From: an uncultured Candidatus Saccharibacteria bacterium
Lineage (GTDB): Bacteria; Patescibacteriota; Minisyncoccia; Minisyncoccales; Staskawiczbacteraceae
DNA length: 64,000 nt
NCBI GenBank assembly: GCA_964479955.1
Contig: CAYZNK010000001.1
Location: 144,091 to 208,090, forward strand
Reading direction: 5' to 3'
A program made the position numbers and the translations under genes. Of the stretch, positions 1 through 8,572 are shown in pieces; within the stretch, counting starts at the first letter, position 1, and every line of letters begins with the position of its first letter. The notes beneath the pieces are model-generated. The model was not told the DNA's origin and did not search any database. It saw only the letters and a program-made list of their open reading frames with translations.

Positions 1-2
1 AG

Positions 3-635
3 CAAAAAGAGCTTGGGGTTGCTTTAATTGACATAGGTTCATCAACAACTTCTTTGGCTGTCTTTGAGGAGGGAGATTTAATACATCTTGCAATCTTTCC
101 GATAGGTTCAGCGAATATTACAAACGATATTGCAATAGGGTTAAAAATAGAAGTTGCCATGGCAGAGTCAATTAAGAGGCAGCACGGAACATGTATATTC
201 TCCAAAAAAGAAAAAGAATCTTCAAAAGAACAAACCCCCAGAAAGATTGAAGTTTTTGAAAAATCTTCCCTAACCTCTTTTACAAAAAAAGATTTGGTTG
301 ATATTATCGAGCCGAGGGTATCTGAAATATTAGACTTGGCGCAAAAAGAGCTTAAAAAAATCGGCAGGCAAAAATTGCTTCCCGGAGGAATTGTTCTAAC
401 AGGCGGAGGAAGCAAATTGTCTAAAATAAAAGAACTCACAAAAGAATCTCTGGAGCTTGTTTGTGAAATAGGGACTCCAAAGAACATATTAGGAGTTCAA
501 GAAGACCCTTCTTTGGCAACTGTGGCAGGTTTGGCTTTGGAGGGGGTTGATTTTGATGAAGAACCAGGTATACTGGGGATTACAAAGGGATTTGGGTCAA
601 AAATTAAAAAAATTATAAGGATTTTTGTGCCCTGA
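3..635 (+). CDS. ftsA: Cell division protein FtsA, 5'-truncated by the window edge
   Basis: Frame open from position 3 (QKELGVALIDIGSSTT); actin-fold motifs GIVLTGGGSKL and IIEPRVSEI; C-terminal amphipathic helix (SKIKKIIRIFVP); directly upstream of ftsZ. Confidence 0.95.
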   Translation, partial: QKELGVALIDIGSSTTSLAVFEEGDLIHLAIFPIGSANITNDIAIGLKIEVAMAESIKRQHGTCIFSKKEKESSKEQTPRKIEVFEKSSLTSFTKKDLVDIIEPRVSEILDLAQKELKKIGRQKLLPGGIVLTGGGSKLSKIKELTKESLELVCEIGTPKNILGVQEDPSLATVAGLALEGVDFDEEPGILGITKGFGSKIKKIIRIFVP

Positions 636-659
636 TATTAACGAATAACGAATTTGAAC

Positions 660-695
660 AATCTGCGAATTCGTGCGTTCGCAGATTATTTTTTT
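660..695 (+). terminator. Intrinsic terminator-like hairpin after ftsA
   Basis: AATCTGCGAA (660-669) / TTCGCAGATT (678-687) 10-bp stem followed by a T-tract. Confidence 0.7.
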
Positions 696-704
696 GTAAT
701 AATT

Positions 705-819
705 ATTTACCCTTCACCTAAATAAATTTTGGGGGAGGGAAAGAAGATTTTAATTTATAATAAGCAAAATTTTTAAAATTCATTTTTGAAATATAAGCTT
801 ATTTAGGTGAAGGGTGAAT
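705..819. repeat. 21-bp inverted repeat; right arm covers the ftsZ RBS and start codon
   Basis: ATTTACCCTTCACCTAAATAA (705-725) vs TTATTTAGGTGAAGGGTGAAT (799-819): 20/21 complementary plus one G-U. Confidence 0.85.
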
Positions 820-1734
820 CCTCAAATTAAAATTGTTGGAGTAGGAGGGTCGGGGTCCAACACCATTTCCAGAATGGCAAAGTTTAACATACAAGAAGTG
901 GGACTTATTGGAGTAAATACAGATGCCCAGGCTTTGCATTTTTGCAAGGCGCAAAAAAAAATTTTAATAGGAAAAGAAACAACCCACGGATTGGGAACAG
1001 GAATGGATATTAACTTGGGGAAATTATCTGCACAAGAGGCCCAGGGAGAAATTTCAGAGAGTCTAAAAGGAGCCGATATGGTTTTTATAACTTGCGGATT
1101 AGGCGGAGGAACTGGGTCTGGAGCTTCCCCTATTATTGCTGAAATTTCAAAGAGTCTTGGAATTCTGACAATTGCAGTTGTGACAACGCCTTTTTCCTTT
1201 GAAGGAGAGCAAAGGAAAAAAATTGCAGAAGCCGCTTTGAAAAATCTAAAAGAAAAGGTGGATTCTCTCTTGATAATTTCCAATGACAAACTTTTAAAAA
1301 TTATTGACGAGAAAACAACCGTTTCAAACGCTTTTCTAATGTGTGATGATATTTTAAGGGAGGCTGTTAGAGGAATAACAGACTTGATTTTAGTGCCCGG
1401 AATTATTAATATTGATTTTGCTTCTTTGGTTTCAATCATAAAAAATTCAGGTAACGCCTTATTTGGGGTTGGCAGGAGCTCTGGCGAAAACAGGGCGGAA
1501 ACGGCTGCAATAGCGGCAATAAATTCTCCTTTGCTGGATTTTTCAATAAAAGGAGCAAAGGGGGTTTTATTTTCTGTTTTTGGAAATGATGTCACTCTAA
1601 ATGAAATCCAGAGAGCAGCTGAAATTATCACAAAAAATGCTGACCCTAAAGCCCAAATTATTTTCGGGGCAGTAAAAGACAACACCCTGAAAAAAGGCGA
1701 GTTGAAAATTTCAGTAATTGCTACAAAATTTTAA
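814..1734 (+). CDS. ftsZ: FtsZ-family GTPase, short form lacking the C-terminal tail
   Basis: IKIVGVGGSGSN, NTDAQAL, GLGGGTGSG tubulin signature, PFSFEG; ends at VIATKF; GTG start. Confidence 0.93.
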   Translation: MNPQIKIVGVGGSGSNTISRMAKFNIQEVGLIGVNTDAQALHFCKAQKKILIGKETTHGLGTGMDINLGKLSAQEAQGEISESLKGADMVFITCGLGGGTGSGASPIIAEISKSLGILTIAVVTTPFSFEGEQRKKIAEAALKNLKEKVDSLLIISNDKLLKIIDEKTTVSNAFLMCDDILREAVRGITDLILVPGIINIDFASLVSIIKNSGNALFGVGRSSGENRAETAAIAAINSPLLDFSIKGAKGVLFSVFGNDVTLNEIQRAAEIITKNADPKAQIIFGAVKDNTLKKGELKISVIATKF

Positions 1735-1843
1735 ATCAATCTGCCAGCGTTTATTTTTAGAAAAAATGCAAGGCAAAAACCTTGTGTTTTTATTTTTTTG
1801 TCTTGGAATAGACTTTTACGGATAAATTATTTTTAGTCAAGAC

Positions 1844-1876
1844 TTGACCTGCTTTCTTGCTAAGGTAAAATATAAT
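1844..1876 (+). promoter_or_regulatory. Probable sigma70 promoter of nrdD
   Basis: TTGACC (1844-1849), 16 nt, TAAAAT (1866-1871), plus TATAAT at 1871-1876; the -35 lies within the palindrome GTCAAG-A-CTTGAC (1836-1848). Confidence 0.55.
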
Positions 1877-1947
1877 AATCTGTTAATTTTTTGTCGGCAG
1901 TTTTCAGGAATTATTTAAAAATAAAAATTTTAAAATTAAATAAAATA

Positions 1948-2055
1948 TAAACTCGCTACCTGATATTTTTGCAACCGGGAAAAATATTTTTCTAGCAGCG
2001 AATTTCAGAAGAAATATCGGGCAACGAGTTTAGAAAGGCGGAGGGCCCTTTTTTT
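1948..2055 (+). promoter_or_regulatory. Structured 5' leader of nrdD (candidate cis-regulatory RNA)
   Basis: Long stem TAAACTCG..CCTGATATTT / AAATATCGGG..CGAGTTTA (1948-2032) with a G-U pair, then a short GC hairpin and T-tract (2034-2055). Confidence 0.5.
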
Positions 2056-2068
2056 GTCCCCCAAATTT

Positions 2069-4243
2069 ATGGAAGCAGAATTAAAAACGAAAAACAATAT
2101 AGAAAAAATCCAAAAAAGAAACGGAGCCGTTGTAGCTTTTGATGCAGAAAAAATATCCAATGCAATTCATAAGGCATTGCAGGCGTCCGGGCAGGGTGAC
2201 GGCGAAGTTTCGAAAAAGGTTTCCCAAAAAGTAATAAGCCTATTAAACCGCAGATTTAAAAAAGGGGAAATTCCTAATATTGAGCAAATACAGGACATTG
2301 TTGAAGAGGCTTTGATATTGGAAGATTTGGTTGATACCGCAAAGGCCTACATATTATATAGGGAACAAAGAAGAAGCATCAGGGAAGCAGCAAAAGCAGT
2401 TGACGAGTCATCTGAAAAAATTGACAGCTATTTAAAAGAAATTGACTGGCAGGTTAAAGAAAACGCCAATATGACTTTTTCTTTGCAGGGGCTTAACCAA
2501 TATGTCGGCTCATATATTTCAAAAAAATATTGGCTTAACAAAATTTATCCAAAAGAGATAAGGGATGCGGCTGCAAGCGAAGATTTTCATATTCATAATT
2601 TGGAGCTGTTGGCTCCTTATTGCGCAGGGTGGGATTTGTATGATTTTTTATTAAAGGGATTTGGAGGGGTTTCAGGAAAAATAGAATGCAGGCCTCCAAA
2701 ACATTTCAGGACAGCTTTGGGACAGCTGGTAAACGTTTTGTTTACTTTGCAGGGAGAAACTGCCGGAGCTAATGCTGTTTCAAATTTTGATACGCTTTTG
2801 GCGCCTTTTATAAGATATGACAATCTAAGTTATAAACAAGTTAAGCAGTCAATGCAGGAGTTTCTGTATAACTGCATGGTGCCAACGCGCGTTGGCTTTC
2901 AAACGCCATTTTTAAACGTGTCTTTGGATATAAAACCGCCCTCTTTTTTGGCAAAACAGCCCGTAATTATAGGAGGACAGCCACAAAAAGAAACATACGA
3001 AGAATTCCAGCCTGAAATGGATATGTTTATAAAAGCTTTTTATGAAGGATTAATGGAAGGAGATGCATCGGGCAGGCCTTTTACTTTCCCGATACCAACG
3101 GTTTCAGTTGGAAAAGATTTTGAATGGGATAACAAAAATTTAGCGCCCATGTGGGAAGCAACGGCAAAATACGGAATCAATTATTTTTCAAATTTTATAC
3201 ATTCCGATATGAGCCCGGATGACGCCAGGTCAATGTGCTGCAGATTAAGGCTGGATAACAGGGAATTGTATAAAAGAGGAGGAGGATTATTTGGGTCAAG
3301 CCCCAAGACGGGGAGTATCGGGGTTGTTACAATTGACCTGCCAAGAATTGGGTATCTTTCAAAAACAAAAACCGAATTTTTTGAAAGGCTTTCCAAATTA
3401 ATGGAATTGGCAAAAGAAAGTCTGGAAATAAAAAGAAAAGCCCTGGATAATTTTATGGAAAAAGGATTATATCCTTATTCAAAGCATTATCTTAAGGATG
3501 TCAAAAATCTGAGGGATTCTTATTTTGGAAACCATTTTTCAACAATCGGAATTTGCGGAATGAACGAGTCTTTGCTTAATTTTTTGGATGAGGATATAAC
3601 AACAAAAAAAGGCAAAAAATTTGCAATAGAAATTTTGGATTTTATGCGGGACAAAATGGTAAAATTTCAAGAAGAAACCGGAAATCTTTATAATCTTGAA
3701 GCAACTCCGGCAGAAGGCACAAGTTATAGGCAAGCGAAAGCTGACAAAGAAAGATATCCCGACATTATTACATCCGGGACTCCGGAGGTTCCATTTTACA
3801 CAAATTCGAGTCAATTGCCGGTAGGATTTACAGATGATGTTTTTGAAGCCCTTGAACTTCAGAATGATATCCAGACAAAATATACAGGGGGAACTGTTTT
3901 ACATATATTTTTGGGAGAGAAAATAACAGACCCAGATGCAGCAAAAAATTTGGTTAAAAAAATATTTGAAAAATACAGCCTGCCGTATATTACCTTGACT
4001 CCCACTTTTTCAATTTGCCCCGTACACGGATATTTGCCCGGAGAACATTTTGAATGTCCTCAGTGCGCGATAAAACAGCCATGCGAAGTATACTCAAGGG
4101 TTGTAGGATATATAAGACCAGTTAACCAATGGCACAAAGGGAAACAGCAAGAGTATAAGGAAAGAAAAGAGTTTGTTTGCAAAGAAGGCTCTGGTGCAAA
4201 AGAAGAATTAAAAAAAACTCACGAAGAAAAAGTTCCGGCATAA
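2069..4243 (+). CDS. nrdD: Class III (anaerobic) ribonucleoside-triphosphate reductase with N-terminal ATP-cone
   Basis: ATP-cone (IQKRNGAVVAFDAEKI...EQIQDIVE), SMCCRL active-site loop, EATPAEG, Zn ribbon CPVHG..CPQC, glycyl-radical motif SRVVGY; ATG at 2069 preferred over TTG at 2054. Confidence 0.97.
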   Translation: MEAELKTKNNIEKIQKRNGAVVAFDAEKISNAIHKALQASGQGDGEVSKKVSQKVISLLNRRFKKGEIPNIEQIQDIVEEALILEDLVDTAKAYILYREQRRSIREAAKAVDESSEKIDSYLKEIDWQVKENANMTFSLQGLNQYVGSYISKKYWLNKIYPKEIRDAAASEDFHIHNLELLAPYCAGWDLYDFLLKGFGGVSGKIECRPPKHFRTALGQLVNVLFTLQGETAGANAVSNFDTLLAPFIRYDNLSYKQVKQSMQEFLYNCMVPTRVGFQTPFLNVSLDIKPPSFLAKQPVIIGGQPQKETYEEFQPEMDMFIKAFYEGLMEGDASGRPFTFPIPTVSVGKDFEWDNKNLAPMWEATAKYGINYFSNFIHSDMSPDDARSMCCRLRLDNRELYKRGGGLFGSSPKTGSIGVVTIDLPRIGYLSKTKTEFFERLSKLMELAKESLEIKRKALDNFMEKGLYPYSKHYLKDVKNLRDSYFGNHFSTIGICGMNESLLNFLDEDITTKKGKKFAIEILDFMRDKMVKFQEETGNLYNLEATPAEGTSYRQAKADKERYPDIITSGTPEVPFYTNSSQLPVGFTDDVFEALELQNDIQTKYTGGTVLHIFLGEKITDPDAAKNLVKKIFEKYSLPYITLTPTFSICPVHGYLPGEHFECPQCAIKQPCEVYSRVVGYIRPVNQWHKGKQQEYKERKEFVCKEGSGAKEELKKTHEEKVPA

Positions 4244-4245
4244 AA

Positions 4246-4272
4246 TTAAAAGCTCCTAAAAGGAGCTTTTAA
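4246..4272 (+). terminator. Hairpin between nrdD and nrdG
   Basis: TTAAAAGCTCCT-AAA-AGGAGCTTTTAA, 12-bp perfect stem. Confidence 0.6.
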
Positions 4273-4282
4273 AAACTTAGGC

Positions 4283-4990
4283 ATGATAATATCAGGGATA
4301 CAAAAAACTACCCTTATTGATTATCCGGGTAAAATAGCCTGTATTGTTTTTTTGGCAATGTGTAATTTTAGATGCCCCTGGTGTTATTCTTCAGAACTAG
4401 TGTTGCCTTTAAAAATTGCAAAGCAACCCAGAATCTCAGAGCAGGAATTTTTTAAATTTTTAAATGAAAGGAAGGGGCTTCTGGAAGGAGTTGTGATATG
4501 CGGAGGAGAGCCAACAATAAACAAGGATTTGCCAAATTTTATAGAAAAAATTAAACAGTTGGGTTTTTTTGTTAAGTTGGATACTAACGGCTCAAATCCG
4601 CAGATGTTAAAAGATTTGGCTATGGCTAATTTAGTGGATTATGTTGCAATGGATATAAAAGCAGGCCCCAATAATAAAATTTACAACGCAATTTTTGGAG
4701 AAGGAATAAAAATGGAGAACATTAAAAAAAGCGCGGAATTTTTAAAACAAGGGAATATTGACTTTGAATTTCGCACAACAGCAGTGCCTGGAATACATTC
4801 AAAGGAGGATTTTGTCGAAATAGCAAAATGGGCCGGAGCTGAAAATGTAAAATATTATATACAAAACTTCAGGGCTGAAAAAACAATTGACCCTGAATTT
4901 GAAAAAATAAAACCGTTTCAAGAAGAATATCTTGAAAATATTGTAAAAGAAATATCTCCTTATTTTAAAATCTGCCGATTGCGGACATGA
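4283..4990 (+). CDS. nrdG: Anaerobic RNR activating enzyme (radical SAM)
   Basis: IDYPG..CNFRCPWC (CxxxCxxC), GGEPT, KLDTNG, EFRTT; adjacent to nrdD. Confidence 0.95.
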   Translation: MIISGIQKTTLIDYPGKIACIVFLAMCNFRCPWCYSSELVLPLKIAKQPRISEQEFFKFLNERKGLLEGVVICGGEPTINKDLPNFIEKIKQLGFFVKLDTNGSNPQMLKDLAMANLVDYVAMDIKAGPNNKIYNAIFGEGIKMENIKKSAEFLKQGNIDFEFRTTAVPGIHSKEDFVEIAKWAGAENVKYYIQNFRAEKTIDPEFEKIKPFQEEYLENIVKEISPYFKICRLRT

Positions 4991-5016
4991 TTATATAAAT
5001 TTTAAAATATCGTAAA

Positions 5017-6513
5017 ATGACGCCGTCTAAGATTTTATTTTATTTAAGCCTGTCTTTTATTGCAGGAATTTTTTTTGAATCTTTGATTGCCATTCCGCAA
5101 ATTTTTGTCTGTATGATTTTGATTCTGGGGATTGTAATTATTTTTTCATCCCTATTTTTAAAAAATAATTTTCTTGTTATTGCCGGATTTTGCGTTTTAT
5201 TTTTATGCCTTGGAATTTTAAGAATGCAGACAAATGAATTTAAGATTGAAAATAACGAGTTGAAGAAAATGAATGAAGGCGACGCTGTAAAACTTACGGG
5301 TTTTATTTATGACGAGCCGGATATTAGGGATACTTATCAGAAAATAAAAGTAAAAGTTGGAGAGAGCATTATTTTAATAACAACAAGTCGATACCCTGAA
5401 TGCAAATATTTGGATGCAATAAAGGTTGAGGGAAAACTTGAAACTCCGCAGGAAACAGAGGATTTCAGCTATAAAAATTATCTTATGAAAGACGGAATTT
5501 ATTCTGTAATGTTTTTCCCTAAAGTTGAATTTGCAGAAACAAACGAAACTGCCGGATTCTGGCAAAAATTTTATTCTTTGATATTGTCCTTTAAGCAGAA
5601 AATAAGACAAAGTATACAAAAAAATTTTGCTCCTCCGCAAAGCTCAATACTGGAGGGCACCATTTTAGGAGACAACGGAGCTATGTCAGAAGACTTAAAA
5701 AACAAGCTTAATATCACAGGGCTTAGGCATATTATAGCTGTCTCCGGAACACACGTTATTATATTAAGCGCGATTATAATGTCTATTTTGTTGATGTTTC
5801 CCATTAAAAAAAGCAAAGCATTTTATTTTGCCATAATCATAATTTTTCTTTATGCTTTTTTAACAGGCCTTCCTGCTTCAGGAGTAAGGGCGTCAATAAT
5901 GGGAAGCCTGTATCTTTTTGCCCAGAAATTAGGCAGGCAGAGTATTGGGATAAGGGTTATTGTCTTGGCCTGTTGCGTTATGCTTTTTATAAACCCAATG
6001 CTTTTAATATATGATGTTGGGTTTCAACTTTCTTTTCTGGCTGTAATAGGGCTTATTTATCTTGAGCCGGTTTTTAGCGGATTTCTGGATTTCTGGGCCA
6101 AAAGGATTTTTAATGAAGCAAAGCAAAAAGCAAACGGATTCATAAAGATTATTTCTTCAACCTTTGCAGCCCAAGTTTTTACCCTGCCAATAATAATTTA
6201 TAGTTTTGGAAACATTTCTTTTGTTTCTCCAATAACCAATCTTCTTGTTCTGCCTGTTGTCTATTGGCTGATGATTTTTGGATTTTTATCGGCGTTTCTT
6301 GGAATTTTTTCAGGTATGCTTGGGTGGGTTTTTTCCGTACCCTGTTATTTTGTGCTTTCATATTTTTTATGGATAATAGATTTTTTTTCGCAAGATTGGG
6401 CTATAAAAAATCTTAATAATGTCCATTGGATTTGGCTTGTTGTATGCTATCTGGCCATTGGATATATTGTAAGGCTTATAAGAAAAAAATATATGCAAAA
6501 TTTTATCACATAA
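5017..6513 (+). CDS. comEC: ComEC/Rec2 DNA-uptake channel (OB-fold and competence domains, no MBL domain)
   Basis: GLRHIIAVSGTH, SGVRASIMG, DVGFQLSF, SPITNLL motifs; many TM segments. Confidence 0.93.
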   Translation: MTPSKILFYLSLSFIAGIFFESLIAIPQIFVCMILILGIVIIFSSLFLKNNFLVIAGFCVLFLCLGILRMQTNEFKIENNELKKMNEGDAVKLTGFIYDEPDIRDTYQKIKVKVGESIILITTSRYPECKYLDAIKVEGKLETPQETEDFSYKNYLMKDGIYSVMFFPKVEFAETNETAGFWQKFYSLILSFKQKIRQSIQKNFAPPQSSILEGTILGDNGAMSEDLKNKLNITGLRHIIAVSGTHVIILSAIIMSILLMFPIKKSKAFYFAIIIIFLYAFLTGLPASGVRASIMGSLYLFAQKLGRQSIGIRVIVLACCVMLFINPMLLIYDVGFQLSFLAVIGLIYLEPVFSGFLDFWAKRIFNEAKQKANGFIKIISSTFAAQVFTLPIIIYSFGNISFVSPITNLLVLPVVYWLMIFGFLSAFLGIFSGMLGWVFSVPCYFVLSYFLWIIDFFSQDWAIKNLNNVHWIWLVVCYLAIGYIVRLIRKKYMQNFIT

Positions 6514-6538
6514 AAACCGCGGCTTTTTCAAGCTGCGG
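6512..6538 (-). terminator. Terminator between convergent comEC and the carbonic-anhydrase-like gene
   Basis: CCGCGGCTT / AAGCTGCGG stem with an A-tract at 6512-6516 (U-tract on the minus strand). Confidence 0.65.
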
Positions 6539-6556
6539 CGTGTGTGGACGAGAGAA

Positions 6557-7051
6557 TTATGCGCAGACAAGCTGCGGAGTTTCTGCAGGTTTTGCAGAGG
6601 AAGGTTGCACCCTCTCAAACGATATTTCTTTTTCGTTGTCTGAAAATGATGCATAATAGGCATAAACTTTTGTGCGATATGCCCTGGAAACTATTTCTAA
6701 AGCTTTAATCAGGTCTTGTCGTTCGGTGTCATTTCCTGCCCGGCCAGATCTCTTTAATTGCTCATATCTTTTGCAATCCTGATGAGCAATTAAGACAATG
6801 CGCTTTATATCAAAATGCTTAGTAAAACAGTCTAGCTGTCCCGTTGCGGACCAAAAACAATTTGTCATTTCTGTTTGCCTGGCTAAAACCCCTGCTCCGC
6901 CCGCTATCTGAATTGCCAAAAAGTCAAATTCACCCATCCCTAATTCTTCTCTGATAAAAAGGTCATGGGCGAGCTTAAACCTTGGATCCAGACAATGCAC
7001 CACTATTGTTTCTGGGACAACACTAACAGCCTTATAACTCTTCCTTCTCAT
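6557..7051 (-). CDS. Beta-carbonic-anhydrase-like zinc protein
   Basis: HCLDPRF (CxDxR), IAGG and HQDC (HxxC) match the beta-CA Zn-ligand spacing. Confidence 0.7.
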   Translation of the reverse strand: MRRKSYKAVSVVPETIVVHCLDPRFKLAHDLFIREELGMGEFDFLAIQIAGGAGVLARQTEMTNCFWSATGQLDCFTKHFDIKRIVLIAHQDCKRYEQLKRSGRAGNDTERQDLIKALEIVSRAYRTKVYAYYASFSDNEKEISFERVQPSSAKPAETPQLVCA

Positions 7052-7110
7052 AACTCACTCTCTCTTTCAATTGTGAAAGACCATCTTTTGTTGCGCTATT
7101 CCAAAAACGC

Positions 7111-7142
7111 AACACAATAATATAATAACATATTATTGTGTT
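7111..7142. promoter_or_regulatory. 13-bp perfect inverted repeat (operator-like) in a divergent promoter region
   Basis: AACACAATAATAT-aataac-ATATTATTGTGTT; overlaps a TG-extended -10-like element on the minus strand. Confidence 0.5.
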
Positions 7143-7235
7143 TTTTGAAATATTCCAGCCTAAATAATTCACCCTTGAGGGCAAGGCTATTTTCAATTAT
7201 AATTAAGTAATAAATATTAGTTAACAGTAAGCTCA

Positions 7236-8555
7236 ATGGAACAAAAAAAATCCGAAAGACCTAAGCATGGTCAAAGGGCATGGGTTGTGGCAGCTGATAT
7301 GGGATACGGGCACCAGAGAACAACATATCCTTTAAAGGATATTGCTTTTGGCGGAAAAATTATAAATTCCAATAACTATGATGGTATTCCCGCAAAAGAC
7401 AGAAGTTTTTGGAATCAGACAAGGGTTTTGTATGAATTCATTTCAAGATTTAAAAGAATTCCATTTTTGGGAGAATTTATTTTTTCCATTATGGACAAGT
7501 TTCAGAAAATTTTAAACTATTATCCAAAAAGGGATTTATCGCATCCTGTTTCCAATTTAAAGAATACTTTTCGGCTTATAAAACTTGGCTGGGGCAGGGA
7601 TTTAATAGAAAGATTCAAAAAAAATGTTCTGCCTGTTGTCACAAGTTTTTTTGTGCCAGCTTTTATGGCAGAAGAATTCGGGTATCCTGGCCCGATTTAC
7701 TGTATAATCTGCGATGCTGATTTTAATAGGTCATGGGTGAGCCTGCATCCGCAAAAAAGCAAAATAAAATATTTTGCTCCCTGCACATGGGCAAGGGACA
7801 GGCTGAAACTTTACGGAGTAAAGCAGGAAAATATTTTTTTGACGGGCTACCCTTTGCCAAAAGAAAATATAGGTTCTGAAAAAATGGAAATTTTAAAAGA
7901 AGACTTAAAAAACAGGCTTGTGAACCTTGATCCGCAAAAAAAATACAGAAAAATGTATGACCCTCTAATAAGCAAAGTTTTAGGAAAGCTTCCTGAAAAA
8001 TCAAACCATCCTTTAACAATAATGTTTTCTATTGGCGGAGCGGGCGCTCAAAAGGAAATTTGCGCCAAAGCAATAAATCGCATGGAAGATAAAATTAAAA
8101 AAAACAAGTTGCGGTTTATTATTTCAGTTGGAACTCATACATACCTTAAAAAATACTTTTCAGACAATATTGAGCACTTAAAAATCAACGGACACGTCAG
8201 AATGCTTTACGGGAATACAACAGAAGAATATTTCAAAGCGTTTAACGAAGCCTTGAAGGAAACGGATATTTTATGGACAAAGCCGTCGGAATTATCGTTT
8301 TATGCCGGGCTTGGAATTCCAATAATCATAGCTCCGCCCATTGGTTCGCAGGAAGATTATAACAAAAAATGGCTTTTGCATGTTGGGGCCGGAGTTGCCC
8401 AGGAAAATTTAAGATATATTGACCAATGGATATATGACCTTTTGGATGGAGGAGATTTTGCTGAAATGGCAATGGAAGGGTTTATGGAAATAGAAAAAAT
8501 GGGAACATATAACATAGAAAAAATAATTTCATCCTCATACAATAACAAGTTATAA
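7236..8555 (+). CDS. GT-B fold glycosyltransferase-like protein (UgtP/MGDG-synthase-like, DUF6938-type)
   Basis: DMGYGHQR, TGYP, WTKPSEL and PPIGSQEDYN motifs resemble GT28 diacylglycerol glycosyltransferases. Confidence 0.6.
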   Translation: MEQKKSERPKHGQRAWVVAADMGYGHQRTTYPLKDIAFGGKIINSNNYDGIPAKDRSFWNQTRVLYEFISRFKRIPFLGEFIFSIMDKFQKILNYYPKRDLSHPVSNLKNTFRLIKLGWGRDLIERFKKNVLPVVTSFFVPAFMAEEFGYPGPIYCIICDADFNRSWVSLHPQKSKIKYFAPCTWARDRLKLYGVKQENIFLTGYPLPKENIGSEKMEILKEDLKNRLVNLDPQKKYRKMYDPLISKVLGKLPEKSNHPLTIMFSIGGAGAQKEICAKAINRMEDKIKKNKLRFIISVGTHTYLKKYFSDNIEHLKINGHVRMLYGNTTEEYFKAFNEALKETDILWTKPSELSFYAGLGIPIIIAPPIGSQEDYNKKWLLHVGAGVAQENLRYIDQWIYDLLDGGDFAEMAMEGFMEIEKMGTYNIEKIISSSYNNKL

Positions 8556-8572
8556 GCTATTTTAAAATAAAT

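Noticed and set aside
822-1685. 287-aa minus-strand ORF, and the many other antisense/overlapping ORFs in the track (e.g. 14679-15128, 23124-23456, 27217-27486)
   Set aside because: They lie wholly opposite well-supported genes, lack motifs, and are expected codon-bias shadows.
1740-2068. NrdR boxes or a known riboswitch upstream of nrdD
   Set aside because: No ACACWATATATWGTGT-like 16-mer and no purine or cobalamin riboswitch core recognised by eye.
2069-4243. Intein or intron in nrdD
   Set aside because: Length and motif spacing are normal, with no splicing motifs.
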